Of a stretch of DNA of 64,000 nt, positions 1 through 13,095 are shown piece after piece. The notes beneath the pieces are model-generated. The model did no database searches, was not told the DNA's origin, and worked only from the letters and a program-made list of their open reading frames with translations. The DNA comes from Octopus sinensis. Taxonomy: Eukaryota. Numbering within the stretch: the stretch's first letter is position 1; each line of letters starts with the position of its first letter. Location of the stretch: positions 119,164,001 through 119,228,000 of the forward strand of contig NC_043001.1 in assembly GCF_006345805.1 (NCBI RefSeq), given 5' to 3'. Position numbers and translations under genes: made by a program.

Positions 1-59
1 GTGCATGTGCGTTAACGTATGTGTGCGTATATAATATGTATATATTTACGTTTTATACA

Positions 60-70
60 CACAAATATAC

Positions 71-101
<31 letters not shown>

Positions 102-330
102 CATATACACATACATATTTAAATACATGTATGTGTATATGTATTTTATACGTATGTGTTTATATATATATATATATATATACATAGATATATTGATGCA
201 TGCATACATACATGTATACATACATACATACATACATACATACATACATACATACATACATACATACATACATACATACATACATACATACATACGTATA
301 TAACTTCTTTCTGTATGTATACACATATGT
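60..330. repeat. compound (TA)n/(TACA)n microsatellite
   Basis: Direct reading of TA and TACA runs; explains the YI/HTYI ORFs. Confidence 0.95.
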
Positions 331-489
331 ATGTATACGTAAGTTCATATATTCGCATATCTATATTTGTGTACGTGTAATGCATCATTAATTATGCCTC
401 CATTTACAGGGATATGTTTTTTTTTTCTGTTTATATAAACAGTTCAACGGTGAGTCTCATTGAACGCATTTTAGCACGCACATACACAC

Positions 490-499
490 CAAACAACAT

Positions 500-555
<56 letters not shown>

Positions 556-645
556 CACACAAGCACACACACACACAAGCACACACACACAAGCACACAC
601 ACACACACACCAAGCACACACACACACACACACACACACCACACA
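490..645. repeat. (CA)n microsatellite
   Basis: Interrupted CA runs. Confidence 0.95.
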
Positions 646-1374
646 CAAACACCAACTACTCAGAATCATTAGGTGGGAAGATGTGTTATTAGAATATCTG
701 TACAATAACAACATTGATTTCCTATGTGGACACATGGTTTAAAATGGCGACGAGACAGGAGAGGACATTGGAAGAAGCATTGATATTTAAACATTTCCCA
801 CAAGTATTAATATTGTAATGAATGCAGTAATGTAAGGTGGACATAACAATGAACCGGTGAATTGAGACCGTGTCGCAGAATATGTCCACTGGTTACTTTT
901 CCTTGTAACTTACAGTGGTCGCAAAAATATCACTCAGACATGCATGTCCATACACGAACGAGTACACACACACACACACACACACACGTACACACACACA
1001 CACACAACACACACACACATGTACACACGCGCGGGTGCACACGCACCACACAATATTACACATACACACACACAAATTGAGTGTCAATAGACTTGTTAAG
1101 CCGCAAGATAGGAAACTTGAAGTTACAGTCAACCAACATATTCAATTCCCTTGTTAGAATCCAATGCTAATCCTGTCAGTAACACACTCATAGTTATAGA
1201 TACTCTCATCCACACTCACATATCCTCAAACACATACGTTAATTTCACAAACAATCGCGCATTTTGTACCAATTAGCATACTTAAAACCGATTCTATTAG
1301 TATAACAGTCTAGATGTCATTCTACAAATCTTATTCTATATACCTCTTTGTATACTATTCAAATTCCATATATA

Positions 1375-1400
1375 TACGATGTGGTCTCAAAAGGTTCCCG

Positions 1401-1405
<5 letters not shown>
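1375..1405 (+). mobile_element. possible solo mariner-type terminal inverted repeat
   Basis: TA-cgatgtggtctcaaaaggttcccggact resembles the mariner TIR at 48259 (tacgaggtctga...); no transposase nearby. Confidence 0.3.
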
Positions 1406-1434
<29 letters not shown>

Positions 1435-1749
1435 ATACGTGCATTGAAATGTACGTACTTATTGACCTATCCACACAATTGATCCATCGTGTTCCGACTA
1501 TCCCTTTATCATTCCCCCTCTGTTGCTCTGTGTATATATATGCGTGTGCTTCGTATGTTTCTTCCTATTTGTGCATGTGTATGTGTGTGTGTGAGTGTGT
1601 GTGTGTGTGTGTGCACGGGTGTATGTGCTCCTGCTGGTTTTGGTATATTGTTTTCATTTGCAAATACCTTGGCGTTAAGACTAATAATATCACTAATACG
1701 GTATATATATATATATATAATACATATATATATACAATATATATATATG

Positions 1750-2010
<261 letters not shown>

Positions 2011-2017
2011 TACACAA

Positions 2018-4985
2018 AAATGGAAGATAAGATTCCTGGAGGACTGGGTCGAGGTCCATCTAAACCACATCCCTTTCTTCGTCCTCACTGAAACCCATCT
2101 TAGTGACCTCCACTTGGAAGCCGAGGTGAAAGTTAAAATTTCAAACCATTCGTGCTGATCGTGCTGGCAGAAGAAAGGGTGGGACTGCCATTTATGTCCA
2201 TGATTCATTCTCAACAGAAGCCATGGACATATTTTCCAATGGATACTGCGAAGCAGTCGCTGTATTCAGTCAAACCAACAACTTAACAGTAGTTGGGCTC
2301 TACAGACCACCCCAAACGCCCCTACCATGCTTCAAGGAATGCCTCAACAGCATAAGTGTTTCATTCAGCAGTGTCAACCTGACAACATTTTAATGATGGG
2401 AGACTTCAACCTTCCCGGGGTTGACTGGTCTACAAACAGTCTGCCGCCAGGTTCTTCTCTCTCAACCCCTGACAGGGAGGCAGTGGAATCGCTTCTTGAC
2501 TTCATGGATGATTTCTCCTGTCCCAACTGGTACTCGAACCAACGAGATGTCACAAAACGTCTTAGACTTAATTTTCAGCAATCACACTGATACTATCCAC
2601 AATATTGCAGTGGAGAAAACCCTACTCTCCGACCATGACATGGTTCTCTGTGATCTGAGATTTCACTGGCCAAAATGCAAAACAATGTCATCCCTCCTGT
2701 TCATCCATTTGACACTATGGATTTCCACAATGCAAACTGGAAGCGATCAATAATGATCTTGCACAAGTCGATTGGTCCTTCACGCACACATACACACCCA
2801 CTAACATCAAAAAGTCCTGGCAGTCACTTGTAGACACCATCACGAATATATGTGCAAGACACACCCCCATTAGATCTGCAAACAAATCTAAGTGTCGAAT
2901 CCCTAAAATAGAAAATCTCTCATAAGGAAAATTAAAAGAATTAACAAAAAGATCAACATGCTGAAATACTGTCAACAGCAACACACCAACCTGACTGCCA
3001 TCTCGTCGCTAGAGATTAAAAAACATAACTCCAAAACAACATGATTCTATCATCAATAGTCAGCGAGAGCTGAAGAGGCCTGGGCCATTGAGAAGATCAA
3101 ACTCAATCACAAAGTGTTCTTTTCATTTGCAAAAAAACACAGAGTCACTGGTTCTACTGTTGGCCCTCTGATTGATGAAAATGGTACTCTTCAAGACAAT
3201 GCCAAAACCATGGGAGAGATATTGCAGAAACAATATTGCTCTGTTTTCAGCAATCCTGATATGACTGATCTGGGCTGTATCAGTGATGTTACTCCCCAAT
3301 ACACTTTATCGGACATAACCTTTGGTGTCCCTGATGTCTTAGCAGCAATAAAGGAAATGAAGCATAATTCAGCAGTAGGTCCCGATAGGTTCCCTGCTTG
3401 TGTCTTGAAGATGTGTCAAAACCAACTTGCACCCCCTCTAGCCAATCTGTGGCGGAACTCACTGGATGCTGGATATATACCAGAAGACCTTCTATCCCAG
3501 TCTGTTGTCCCAGTTTTCAAAAAGGAAACAAATCGCTTGCCGTGAATTACCGTCCAATCTCACTCACCTCTCATATCATCAAGGTATTTGAGAGGGTGCT
3601 GAGATCGCGTATGACTCACTTCCTTGAGAGTCATAATATGCTGAACCCTAACCAGCATGGATTCCGTAATGGGAGAGATTACCTGACGCAGCTACTGCAT
3701 CATTTTGATGACATTTTGAGAGCCTTGGGAGAAGGTTCAACACTGATGTCATCTACCTTGATTTCAGCAAGGCCTTTGACAGGGTTGATCATAAGATCCT
3801 TCTGAGAAAGCTGTCCAATATATGGTGTCACTGGAAAGCTGCTGCAGTGGATCAAGTGCTTCCTGTCTAACAGAACCCAACATGTTGTAGTCGAAGGAGT
3901 CAAATCCAGCCCAGCCAAAGTCAGCAGTGGTGTCCCACAAGGCACTGTGTTGGGCCCACTTCTCTTCATCATCTACATAAATGATATTACTGACACCATC
4001 AACACAGTACATCAGAACCTTCGCTGATGATTCCAAGCTCCAGAAGGTCATCAATGGCGTGGATGACCGAATAAACCTTCAGTCAGACCTACTGGCTGTT
4101 GTCCAATGGGCGGAAAAGAATAACATGTTGCTAAATGAAGACAAATTCGAACTGATGCACTTTGGAAGGGAGGACGCTCTGAAACTCCCATACTCTCTTC
4201 CTTCTGGAGAAATTCTCATGGCATCCAACAACATCAGAGACTTGGGAGTAACAGTGGACAACAACATAAACTGGGCTATACATATAAGCAGCAAAGTTGA
4301 CATGGCCCGCAGAATGTGTTTCTGGATTCTCAGAACCTTCCAATCGAGAGATTCCCACGCTATTATCTTTCTCTTCTCCACTTTTGCCCGACCCCACCTT
4401 GAATACTGCTGTCCACTGCGGTCTCCCTACACAAAACAAAATATTATGAGAATTGAAGCTCCCCAAAGGTCAATCCCAAAAAAGATAGATGGCTTGTCAG
4501 ACCTTGACTACTGGGGTAGACTAGAGAAGCTGAAATTGTATTCACTCCAACGACGCCGTGAACGCTACATTATCTGTATGATGTGGAAGATATTCCATCA
4601 GCACTGTCCGAATGATGTTGGCATCACCTTCAAAATACATCCAAGGCTTGGACCACGTGCCATCCGCCACAACAAAAATCTAATCGCATCACATAACGAC
4701 AATACGGCACAACTATTCACACCTCATTGGACCCGTTCTCTTCAACATTACACCAGACACGTCAAAAAAGAAACTGACCACACAAAATTCAAGAAGTCTT
4801 TGGACAAATTCCTTCAAACAGTACCGGACAAACCACCCACACCCGGATATGTCTCCGCAAACAATAACTCTCTGCTCGAATGGGCCTTGGTGCCCAAATC
4901 CTGAACTGAAAGACTTCGCCAGGTGGTGCTATTAAGTCAGACATGGCCTGGGCCAATACTGGCCAAAACCTTTCTAAGTTATTCT

Positions 4986-4990
<5 letters not shown>
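2018..4990 (+). mobile_element. CR1-clade LINE, near-complete ORF2 (APE endonuclease + reverse transcriptase), decayed
   Basis: APE motifs LTETHL, RKGGTAIYV, GLYRPP, MGDFNLP and SDHDMV. RT motifs YRPISLTS, QHGFR, YLDFSKAFD, GVPQGTVLGPLLF and FADDSK. CR1-type C-terminus FKKSLDKFLQTVPDKP. Several frameshifts and stops. Short 3' UTR with a GGCCA-ATAC-TGGCC stem-loop; (TA)n on both sides. Confidence 0.93.
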
Positions 4991-5022
<32 letters not shown>

Positions 5023-5054
5023 TATATATATATATAATATATATAATATATATA

Positions 5055-5106
<52 letters not shown>

Positions 5107-5129
5107 ATATATATAATAATAAATATTAG

Positions 5130-5475
5130 GGAATAAATCCAAATTACAGGGAAAAAATCAGATTTAGGATTAAATCGATTTTATATTAAAATATTATAAA
5201 ATATTATTCGAGACAAAACCACTATTTTGCAAAACAAACAAGGAAAGACTTATTAATACATAAAATTTAATAAATAGTCAAAAAAACCGCCACTACAATC
5301 GTTTCTTGTCTTGATCGACAATCTTCAGGTGGACTTCCAATAATTCAGTGTCAAATTATCAAGAAACGATTGTAGTGGCGGTTTTTTTGACTATTTATTA
5401 AAATTTTATGTATTAATTAAGTCTTTCCTTGTTTGTTTTGCAAAATAGTGGTTTTGTCTCGAATAATATTTTATA
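5130..5475 (-). mobile_element. Penelope-like terminal repeat arranged as an inverted repeat
   Basis: Arms 5195-5308 and 5360-5475 are reverse complements apart from two 1-nt indels; a hammerhead motif overlaps the left arm and spacer. Confidence 0.7.
5290..5332 (-). ncRNA. minimal type I hammerhead ribozyme
   Basis: Minus strand reads CCAC-CUGAAGA-UUGUC(GAUCAA)GACAA-GAAA-C(GAUU)G-UA/GUGG, with a 4-bp stem I and 5-bp stem II. The stem III segment ACGAUUGU is self-complementary with G-U pairs. Predicted cut between 5294 and 5293. Confidence 0.8.
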
Positions 5476-5477
5476 TA

Positions 5478-5574
<97 letters not shown>

Positions 5575-5576
<2 letters not shown>

Positions 5577-5716
5577 AGTGAAGGGAAGAAATGGAGCTGA
5601 ACGAAGATTCTACAGATTCCTTTTATTATTTTCTACACATGTTTCAAATTGTTGTGATTTTTGCTACCCAGGTATCGGTTAAATTTTGAATAATCCTTAA
5701 CAAGATAATTCATTTA
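5575..5716 (-). mobile_element. rearranged fragment of the long-stem hammerhead family (3' half of HHR only)
   Basis: 5575-5648 matches 38405-38478 in the same orientation; 5650-5716 is the reverse complement of 38268-38335. Confidence 0.7.
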
Positions 5717-5723
5717 TCCATTT

Positions 5724-5885
5724 CAGGGGGTAGTGGCGATCCCAGCTGTACTCTTTCGCCACAACTTTCTCTCACTCTTTCTTCTGTTGGCCTGCTCCCT
5801 TAGCCATTTGAAGGCTAAAACAATGCGAAGCGCATTGTGACTAGCAACATCTAATAGCCAGGTCAGTCACGGTGATCACGGTGAT
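5724..5885 (+). mobile_element. 5'-truncated tRNA-derived SINE (family C)
   Basis: Matches the 3' half of the copy at 55764-56064 (ttggcctgctc, aacaatgcgaagcgcattgtga, gtcacggtgatcacggtgata). Confidence 0.85.
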
Positions 5886-5896
5886 ATATATATAGA

Positions 5897-6277
5897 CTAG
5901 CAGTATCTCCCGGCGTTGCTCGGGTTTGTAAGGGAAATAACTATATAAGCATTTTTAGAGAGTTATAGCCAAAAAATAGCAAAAAAATGCAAATGATGGT
6001 AAATTTTTTTTAAATCGTTGACTCATCATAGACATTTTTAGAGAGTTACTTCCCATATATAATAGCGAAAAAATGCATTAAAATGGAAAAAAATGATGGT
6101 AATTTTTTTTTTAAAACGTAGACTCATCGTAGACGCGCGCTAATACCCAGAAGAGCTCGATATGAATCACGACTATAAGATACCCGGTTTTGGTTAAACT
6201 GCACCGCAAAATATGGGAGTAGTTAGGAATCTAAATCGTAGGAGACAGACACACAACTTCTCTTTTATATATAAAGA
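5897..6277 (-). mobile_element. non-autonomous Helitron
   Basis: Minus strand begins TC after a host A and ends with hairpin cccgagcaacgccggg followed by CTAG then T. Internal ~90-100 bp tandem duplication at 5948-6134. Confidence 0.75.
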
Positions 6278-6312
6278 TGTGTATAAATATATATGCATAT
6301 TTTTTTAAATGT

Positions 6313-6657
6313 TTTAGTCATTTGACTGCGGCCATGCTGGAGCACCGCATTTAGTCGAGCAAATCAACACCAGGAGTTATTCTTTGTAAGCCTAGTACTT
6401 ACTCTATCGGTCCCTTGCCAAACCGCTAAGTTACGGGGACGTAAACAGCATCGGTTGTCAAGCGATGTTGGGGGACAAACACAGACACACAAACACCCCC
6501 CCACACACTTCCTTCAGTTTCCGTCTACCAAATCCACTTACAAGGCATTGGTCGGTCCGAGGCTATAGTAGAAGACACTTGCCCAAGTACCACGGTGCGG
6601 GACTGAATCCGAAACCATGTGGTTGGTAAACAAGCTACTTACCACGCAGCCACTCCT
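6313..6657 (-). mobile_element. tRNA-derived SINE (family A)
   Basis: Minus-strand head has A-box-like TGGCTGCGTGG and B-box-like sequence; body is shared with 21003, 42833 and 63592; tail is ctccagcatggccgcagtcaaatgact. Confidence 0.9.
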
Positions 6658-7049
6658 ACATATATATGTGTATATATACAAATATATATTATATATATAT
6701 ATATATATAAATGTATATTATATATATATGTATATACAGATATATACATATATACATTCATATACAGATACATATATTTGTCAATGCATGCATATGAATA
6801 TATGCATGCATAATGTTTATCCAGTTACATACCTATCAACCTATATTTCTACGAACCTATCTACCAACCGATCTCACTACCTACCTAATAATCTACCTAC
6901 TTACCTAAACTACTTGCAGCTCTTTCTCTCTCCGTGAAAATATCAATACTTTATTGATTGTCCCTCGGTACCTCTAATGCTACATCTGCATATACGTATA
7001 TACAAGTGTACCAGTGTGTTTGTGTATGTATGTATGTAATGTATGTTTG

Positions 7050-7100
7050 TATACATATAAATATTCATATATATATATATATATATATGTGTATGTTTAA

Positions 7101-7131
<31 letters not shown>

Positions 7132-7138
7132 TTACACA

Positions 7139-7186
<48 letters not shown>

Positions 7187-7490
7187 CATATATATCCATA
7201 TGTGTATATGTGTATGCATATATTTATAAACACATATATATATACACCTATGTATGTATGTATTTGTAAATATATATAATATATATATATGTATGTGTGT
7301 GTGTTTGTGTGTGAGTATACATACTATATATATGTATGTATGTATGTATGAATGTATGTATGTATGTATGTATGAATGTATGTATGTATGTATATGTGTA
7401 TGTGTGTATGTATGTATGTATGAATGTATGTGTGTATGTATGTATGTATGTATGTATGTATGTATGTATGTATGTATGTATGTATGTGTG
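7050..7490. repeat. compound TA/CA/TATG microsatellite
   Basis: Direct reading. Confidence 0.9.
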
Positions 7491-7856
7491 TGTACATATG
7501 CGCGCACACGCACGCATTCACCCCATCAAACACCTTCCTCTAGACACTACATCGAGGCCGAAATAAATCAATTGTTCATTAACTTTGAGCCATTGTCACC
7601 AGCCATTCGATCGCTCCAGCCAGCAGCCAACGATTAAATATTTAGACCAGCTCTTACGCACAAGTGACTATCACCACTCTTCCGTTCCCTTTCACTCTCT
7701 CTCTCTCTTTCTCTTTCACCTTTCCTTTCTGTTTTTCCTCTGTCTGCTCTCGTCTGCTTTCTTGCCTGTCTTTCATTTTATCATCCTCTCTTGCTCTGAT
7801 TAAGTATATAAGTATGCTTGCATACGATTATATATGTACACACACATACACACACA

Positions 7857-7919
<63 letters not shown>

Positions 7920-8410
7920 TACACACGTGTGTTTGTCTGTGTATATATATATATATATAAATAAATACATAAATATATTCTCACGCATACACATACACAC
8001 GTGCGTATACTGATATACATGAGGATGTATAGATGCGTTTTTAACTGTATGTTTGCGCGTGTGTGTGTGTGTGTACGTGTGTATGCATGTGTGTGTTTTT
8101 ATATATATCATTGTTCCTTCCACCTGTTAACTTTTAAAACAAAATCCACACCTATTATTCATCATTATTCTTCAAGAGTTTCAATTAGTTGATCCTATTG
8201 CAGTTGTTTCCCTTACTTGTTTTTGTCTATTAAGCTCGTAAATAATTGCAGTCAGTCGATGTTTCCTTAGCTAATTGCATTGCAAATCCAATCCCCTACC
8301 CTAAAGTATTTGATATACAGTAAGCTCCCCTGAGGAATTTTCTGTCGGCCATATTTGAGATGTTCATAATCAGCGTTCCCCACGTTGCCTCTATTTCTAT
8401 ATATTCATTC

Positions 8411-8617
8411 TACAATAAGCACAAGACCTGACATTTTTGGAGCGCGGGAAGGACTTAGTATACTGACTCCAGTGCTCAACTGGTACTTATTTTATCGACC
8501 CCGAAAGGGTAAAAGGCAAAGTCGACTAGGCGGAATCTGAACTCAGAGCCTAAAGCCAGAAGAAATGCCGCTATGCAGTTTGTTCGGCATGCTAACGATT
8601 CTGCTAGCTCACCGCCC
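8411..8617 (-). mobile_element. tRNA-derived SINE (family B)
   Basis: Reverse complement begins ggcggtgagctagcagaatcgttagc and matches the copies at 33936 and 47521. Confidence 0.85.
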
Positions 8618-8790
8618 CCTATTTTACTTTCTCTCTTCTATATACATGTAATGATCACTGCCAAGTCTTGCCAACTGGGTAGAATAAGCTTCGCCGACGA
8701 AGCTTAACGAGAACGAAATACGTTTGTTGCCTTTAAAGACAAGAACTACGCCTGTCTTCATCGGGTTTTATTTTCGTTTGTTGTTTTTAG

Positions 8791-8870
8791 ATTTTTCAAC
8801 ACATTTAGGGTTTTTGTTTACTAACTGCATGGATAATCTCAGTCATGTTCTCAAACTCACAATATATTAT
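8791..8870 (+). CDS. candidate internal exon (xFSTHLGFLFTNCMDNLSHVLKLTIYY), unknown product
   Basis: Strong T-rich acceptor (...gttgtttttag) and canonical GTAAGT donor; one open frame (phase 1 to 0). No homology recognised. Confidence 0.25.
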
Positions 8871-9840
8871 GTAAGTGAGGCTTAATCTTATGCATACTTA
8901 ATGGGAGACTGATTTTTTGAAATACTTTCGGTCACTCATATTGCTAACTTGTATATTATTTTTGGCCGGTATCTGTTCCCAACAGTTAAACGCATAGAAT
9001 TGGGAGGGATCTGCTGAAACATGTAACCAACAGCTCGAATAGATATGGCTTCCGTTCTCGATAGTTAAGTAAGTCAAGCCTTGATTGAACTAGACAATTA
9101 AGGGAATTGTTTTCCAGCATCTATTCCTGATCGCTATTTGAACGAAGCTCAGATTCGCGACAGTTGAACTGATTTCATTTTCATATGGGGATCAATGACA
9201 GTCGGCCAGTTTAACTGAATCCATATCGATCTGTGTATATTCCTAACAGTTAAGTGAAGTGAGGCCTATATGGCGCAGAATGTTCTTCCTGGAAGTATAA
9301 GGAGACACCTGCAGTAAATTTGAATTAGTGACCCATGAGCTTATAGCTTAATACCTAACTCCCCCGAGTTAACTTTGTGGGACTAAACTAACTGTATCAA
9401 CATTCCCCTACTCCACGACTACCCTTTTCTCCTCATAAATAATTTGATGATTCTTTTTTTTGTCACAAATCATTCAACGCACAGTCAATAGGAAATGATA
9501 TAACCATATTTTATTATTAGTTTTCTCATTGTTCATATCTTCTGCCGTCCTTTTACCGTCTTCTGATGTCTTTCAACTAGATACAAACCAATGACCGTTA
9601 CAGAAATGTATAGTAGCAAGGGTTAATTGTTTCCAGTGGTAAAAGCTAGCCGAATCGATGCATTGCATAGAATTAGAGCTTGTATCTAGTTTTGGTCCTG
9701 TTTGGCCGATAAAAGATAACTCTTCTGAAGGCTATGAGTTATCTTTTGTGGATATTTATCCTTAGGAAGGGGAATAAACTATGTTCAGTAAGTCAACAGG
9801 ACGCTTGTCTTCCCGCTAATGCCGCCATTTCTTGCTGCAG

Positions 9841-9972
9841 TAAATTACATCGTTCTGCAATTCATATCAAAAATACGAGCTGGACTCAGATGTGGAGAGT
9901 CAAGAGCCTTTCTTACGGGCAACACAGGAAAGAACTGATGTTCAGTTTTGCCAACGACCCAATGTATTTCTG
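9841..9972 (+). CDS. candidate internal exon (xKLHRSAIHIKNTSWTQMWRVKSLSYGQHRKELMFSFANDPMYFx), unknown product
   Basis: Acceptor ttcttgctgcag, donor GTATGT, 132 nt, one open frame, locally higher sequence complexity. Confidence 0.25.
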
Positions 9973-11022
9973 GTATGTATTTTATTGAAACGGAAGTGTG
10001 AAATCCGAAATTGACACATTCTACTCACATCTTCCTCATGTTGCAATTTCAACTCAAATTGTAGAATGTATATATAAAAAGAGACGGTAGCAGAACAAGC
10101 GTTCTGTAGTCACTATGATCAAAAGCCATTTTCAACAGAAATAAGCAAACGTGACTGAGCTTTCAGTCACAGAAGACAAGTCGTTTGGTGTTTAAACAAA
10201 AAAATACATATATTAAATAAGAATTAAATATCTTGAAAGTAATGCAAGCGATTACTCATTAAAAATATTTTCAAACAGGAAAAATCGATTACAGATGCAC
10301 TTGAATCAACATTTCTGATCGCCATAAAATCCAGAGTTAACGTTTTTTCTTTTGTTTTTTGTTTTTTAGTGTCTAGAATTCAAATCTTTGAAATGAAAGT
10401 AAACTATAGATCAAAGAAAATATGCGAACAGATATGTTTTGAGTGCGCGAAAGTTTACTGGGTACATTGTATAAAATAGGTTTATTTCAGTGAAATCTGT
10501 GTTGAATACTTCTTAATGTAGCTAGTTTCAGAATGTTTATTTTCACTGATGTATATCTAATTTTAAACTAATCGCACAATACAACTTTTATTCTGTGACC
10601 CCAATCACAAGCGTAGATCTTTATTGAATGTTGTTCTTCAAAATTATCATATTCTATTTCAGCTTATTCATTTAGAACTCTTTTGAAGCCGATCAAATAT
10701 TTGCCGTTCTAACACTAACTCTGTTAGCAGTTATCTATGTGGCATCATTTTTTGCTGATGTTCTAGAGAACGAAGCTTATACGTACATTATTCTGCATAG
10801 ATTTAACTTTTGTGTTTCATGACTGAGTATAACTCACGCCATCGTCAACAGAAAAGCTACACAGTTTCCGGACGTGCGAAGCAACATCGTCTATCTCTCT
10901 CCATACTTTCGAACATAAACAACTACTGTCTCTTTGTCTCGCACACTTATTCGCGTTCACAAGCAAAATATGTGCATTTGGGAGTGGAGATAAGGGAGAT
11001 AGGGTGTGTTCGTACTTTGGTG

Positions 11023-11053
<31 letters not shown>

Positions 11054-11244
11054 TATGTATATGTTATATGTATGTATGTATGTATGTATGTAGTATGTAT
11101 GTATGTTGTATGTATGTATGTATTATTATGTATGATGTATGTATGTATGTATGTATGTATATGTTGTATGTAGTATGTATGTATGTATGTATGTATGTAT
11201 GTGTGTGTATGTATTATGTGTGTGTGTCTGTGTGTGGTGTCTGC

Positions 11245-11281
<37 letters not shown>

Positions 11282-11287
11282 GAGTGT

Positions 11288-11318
<31 letters not shown>

Positions 11319-11981
11319 AGTATGTGTGTGCGCGCGCGTATACGTGAGCGTGCATAATATAAACCATTTATAAGTATAGCTTAAGAATGAAGAAATGTAC
11401 GGAACCCTTTTCCGTGCTCGAAACCCGTATCTGTTGTTTACTGGACAGCTGTGCTACCGATTATACCACAGCTTCTCTAAACGTCCAGAACCAACAAAAT
11501 ATCAATTATAAACGCTTTACTGGATAATCTAACATTATTTACCTTCCTTCATAGACATGAGAATCGTAAGTATTTCGATCCCACTGGACCAGCAGCAGTC
11601 AGACCGATTCAACTACAGACCAGTTTTTTCACCGAAATTCTATGTTCAAAATTCAATGAAGCAACAGGATATGAATTATAATTACCCGTGTATCTGTGTA
11701 TAAATCAGATATTTGACATAGATATCGGGCGAGAGCAGCCGTTAACGAGCTTGTAGAATTTACAAAGGAAACAATCAACTTATACAACATAAACAGCTAC
11801 AGTTATTTTTATACGGTTATGCAACATTCAGAACACTCAGCGAGCGTACAAACATTCCGTTATGGAGGGAAAGTAAAGCTGGTAGATATGATGTAAGCGT
11901 GCAAAATTCGAAGTCCTTTAAAACGCTTGCACACACGCACAAAGGTGTGGTGTGGTGTGGTGTGTGTGTGGTGTGCGGTGC

Positions 11982-11982
<1 letters not shown>

Positions 11983-12061
<79 letters not shown>

Positions 12062-12086
12062 GTCTGTCTGTCTGTCAGTCTGTCTG

Positions 12087-12125
<39 letters not shown>
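11983..12125. repeat. (ATCT)n-(GTCT)n-(CT)n compound microsatellite
   Basis: Direct reading. Confidence 0.95.
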
Positions 12126-12126
<1 letters not shown>

Positions 12127-12144
12127 GTTTCATCACTTCACTAC

Positions 12145-12620
12145 TTGAAAAACCTGCCCTTGATGCTGCTGCCCTTATCTGTGTTTCCTGCTGCGAGGAA
12201 GGATCCTCCGGAACTCTTGACAGGAAGATACCCAGTTTTTATTTGAAAACACCTACATCCACCCCATGCAGGTCTCTTAGGCTTTTATGGTGGATGTTTA
12301 AGATGTTTAAGCCTTTGAAATCCAAGCTGTTGCAATATCTAGTCCTGTATCTTAATGAAGATGTTGGGATCTTTGGCACTATGCAGTGGCGCCCCGTTCT
12401 GCTGTATGTATATCTTTCAATGCCAGAGTTTTGCACAAATCATTCTAAGATTTTTCAGATTTATATCACTATAAATCTTACCCGACTTCGTTCTTGGGAA
12501 TACATTGTTAACCTTTTCAGCTTTATCCAGGAGCTGATACGTCGCAGTGATACGATTTTCGAACCGTGGGGAGAGACTGCAGTTTTTCCAGGTCGTTCAT
12601 ACAACCCTGAGGCCAGATAA
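12145..12620 (-). mobile_element. CR1-clade LINE 3' ORF2 fragment
   Basis: Minus translations SRTGRHCIVPK, DVGVFK and RVPEDPSSQQETQIRAAAS parallel the 47145-47351 fragment and the C-terminus of the 2018-4990 LINE. Confidence 0.8.
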
Positions 12621-12624
12621 ATAG

Positions 12625-13095
12625 TAAGAAAAGTAAACTTGATTGGGCTTTAAAGTTCCATGGGAAGAAGTGTGTGATCAGGACTACGAATGGAAGGGCG
12701 ATAAGTACAGGCACCTTATGCAGGGTTGTAGATAGAAGGGATGTAAGTCTTGGCTTTTGCCATTAGAGGTTGGCTTTAGGGGATTCCCTGTCCAGTCAGT
12801 ATAGAAGATGTTTACAGCCATTGCAATGAAAGGAAAGAGTGAAGGGTGGCAGTGCGCAGGGTATGAGAAGCAGCAGAAAGAGCGTCTTGCTCGTTATGGA
12901 ACAAAATAGAGGAGTTAAGGTGGAAGCCGGGAGGAGATGATAAGCAGAAAGCTGGTCACATCAGCTGACACAAAAAAGGGAGGATGTTACGATTCAATGC
13001 AGAAATACTCGAGTAGCATCGAATGCAGCCAAATGTCATCAGTTCCTCCGGGCCAAAGCTCCATTAATTTTGGCGGGTTGAAAAGTACCTTCTTC
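12625..13095 (-). mobile_element. degenerate L2-like LINE C-terminal fragment
   Basis: Minus translations PLKPTSNGKSQDLHPFYLQ and HFFPWNFKAQ resemble the L2/Daphne-type RT C-terminus; heavily decayed. Confidence 0.5.

Noticed and set aside
8685-8706. 9-bp hairpin taagcttcg/cgaagctta
   Set aside because: Too short to exceed chance expectation.
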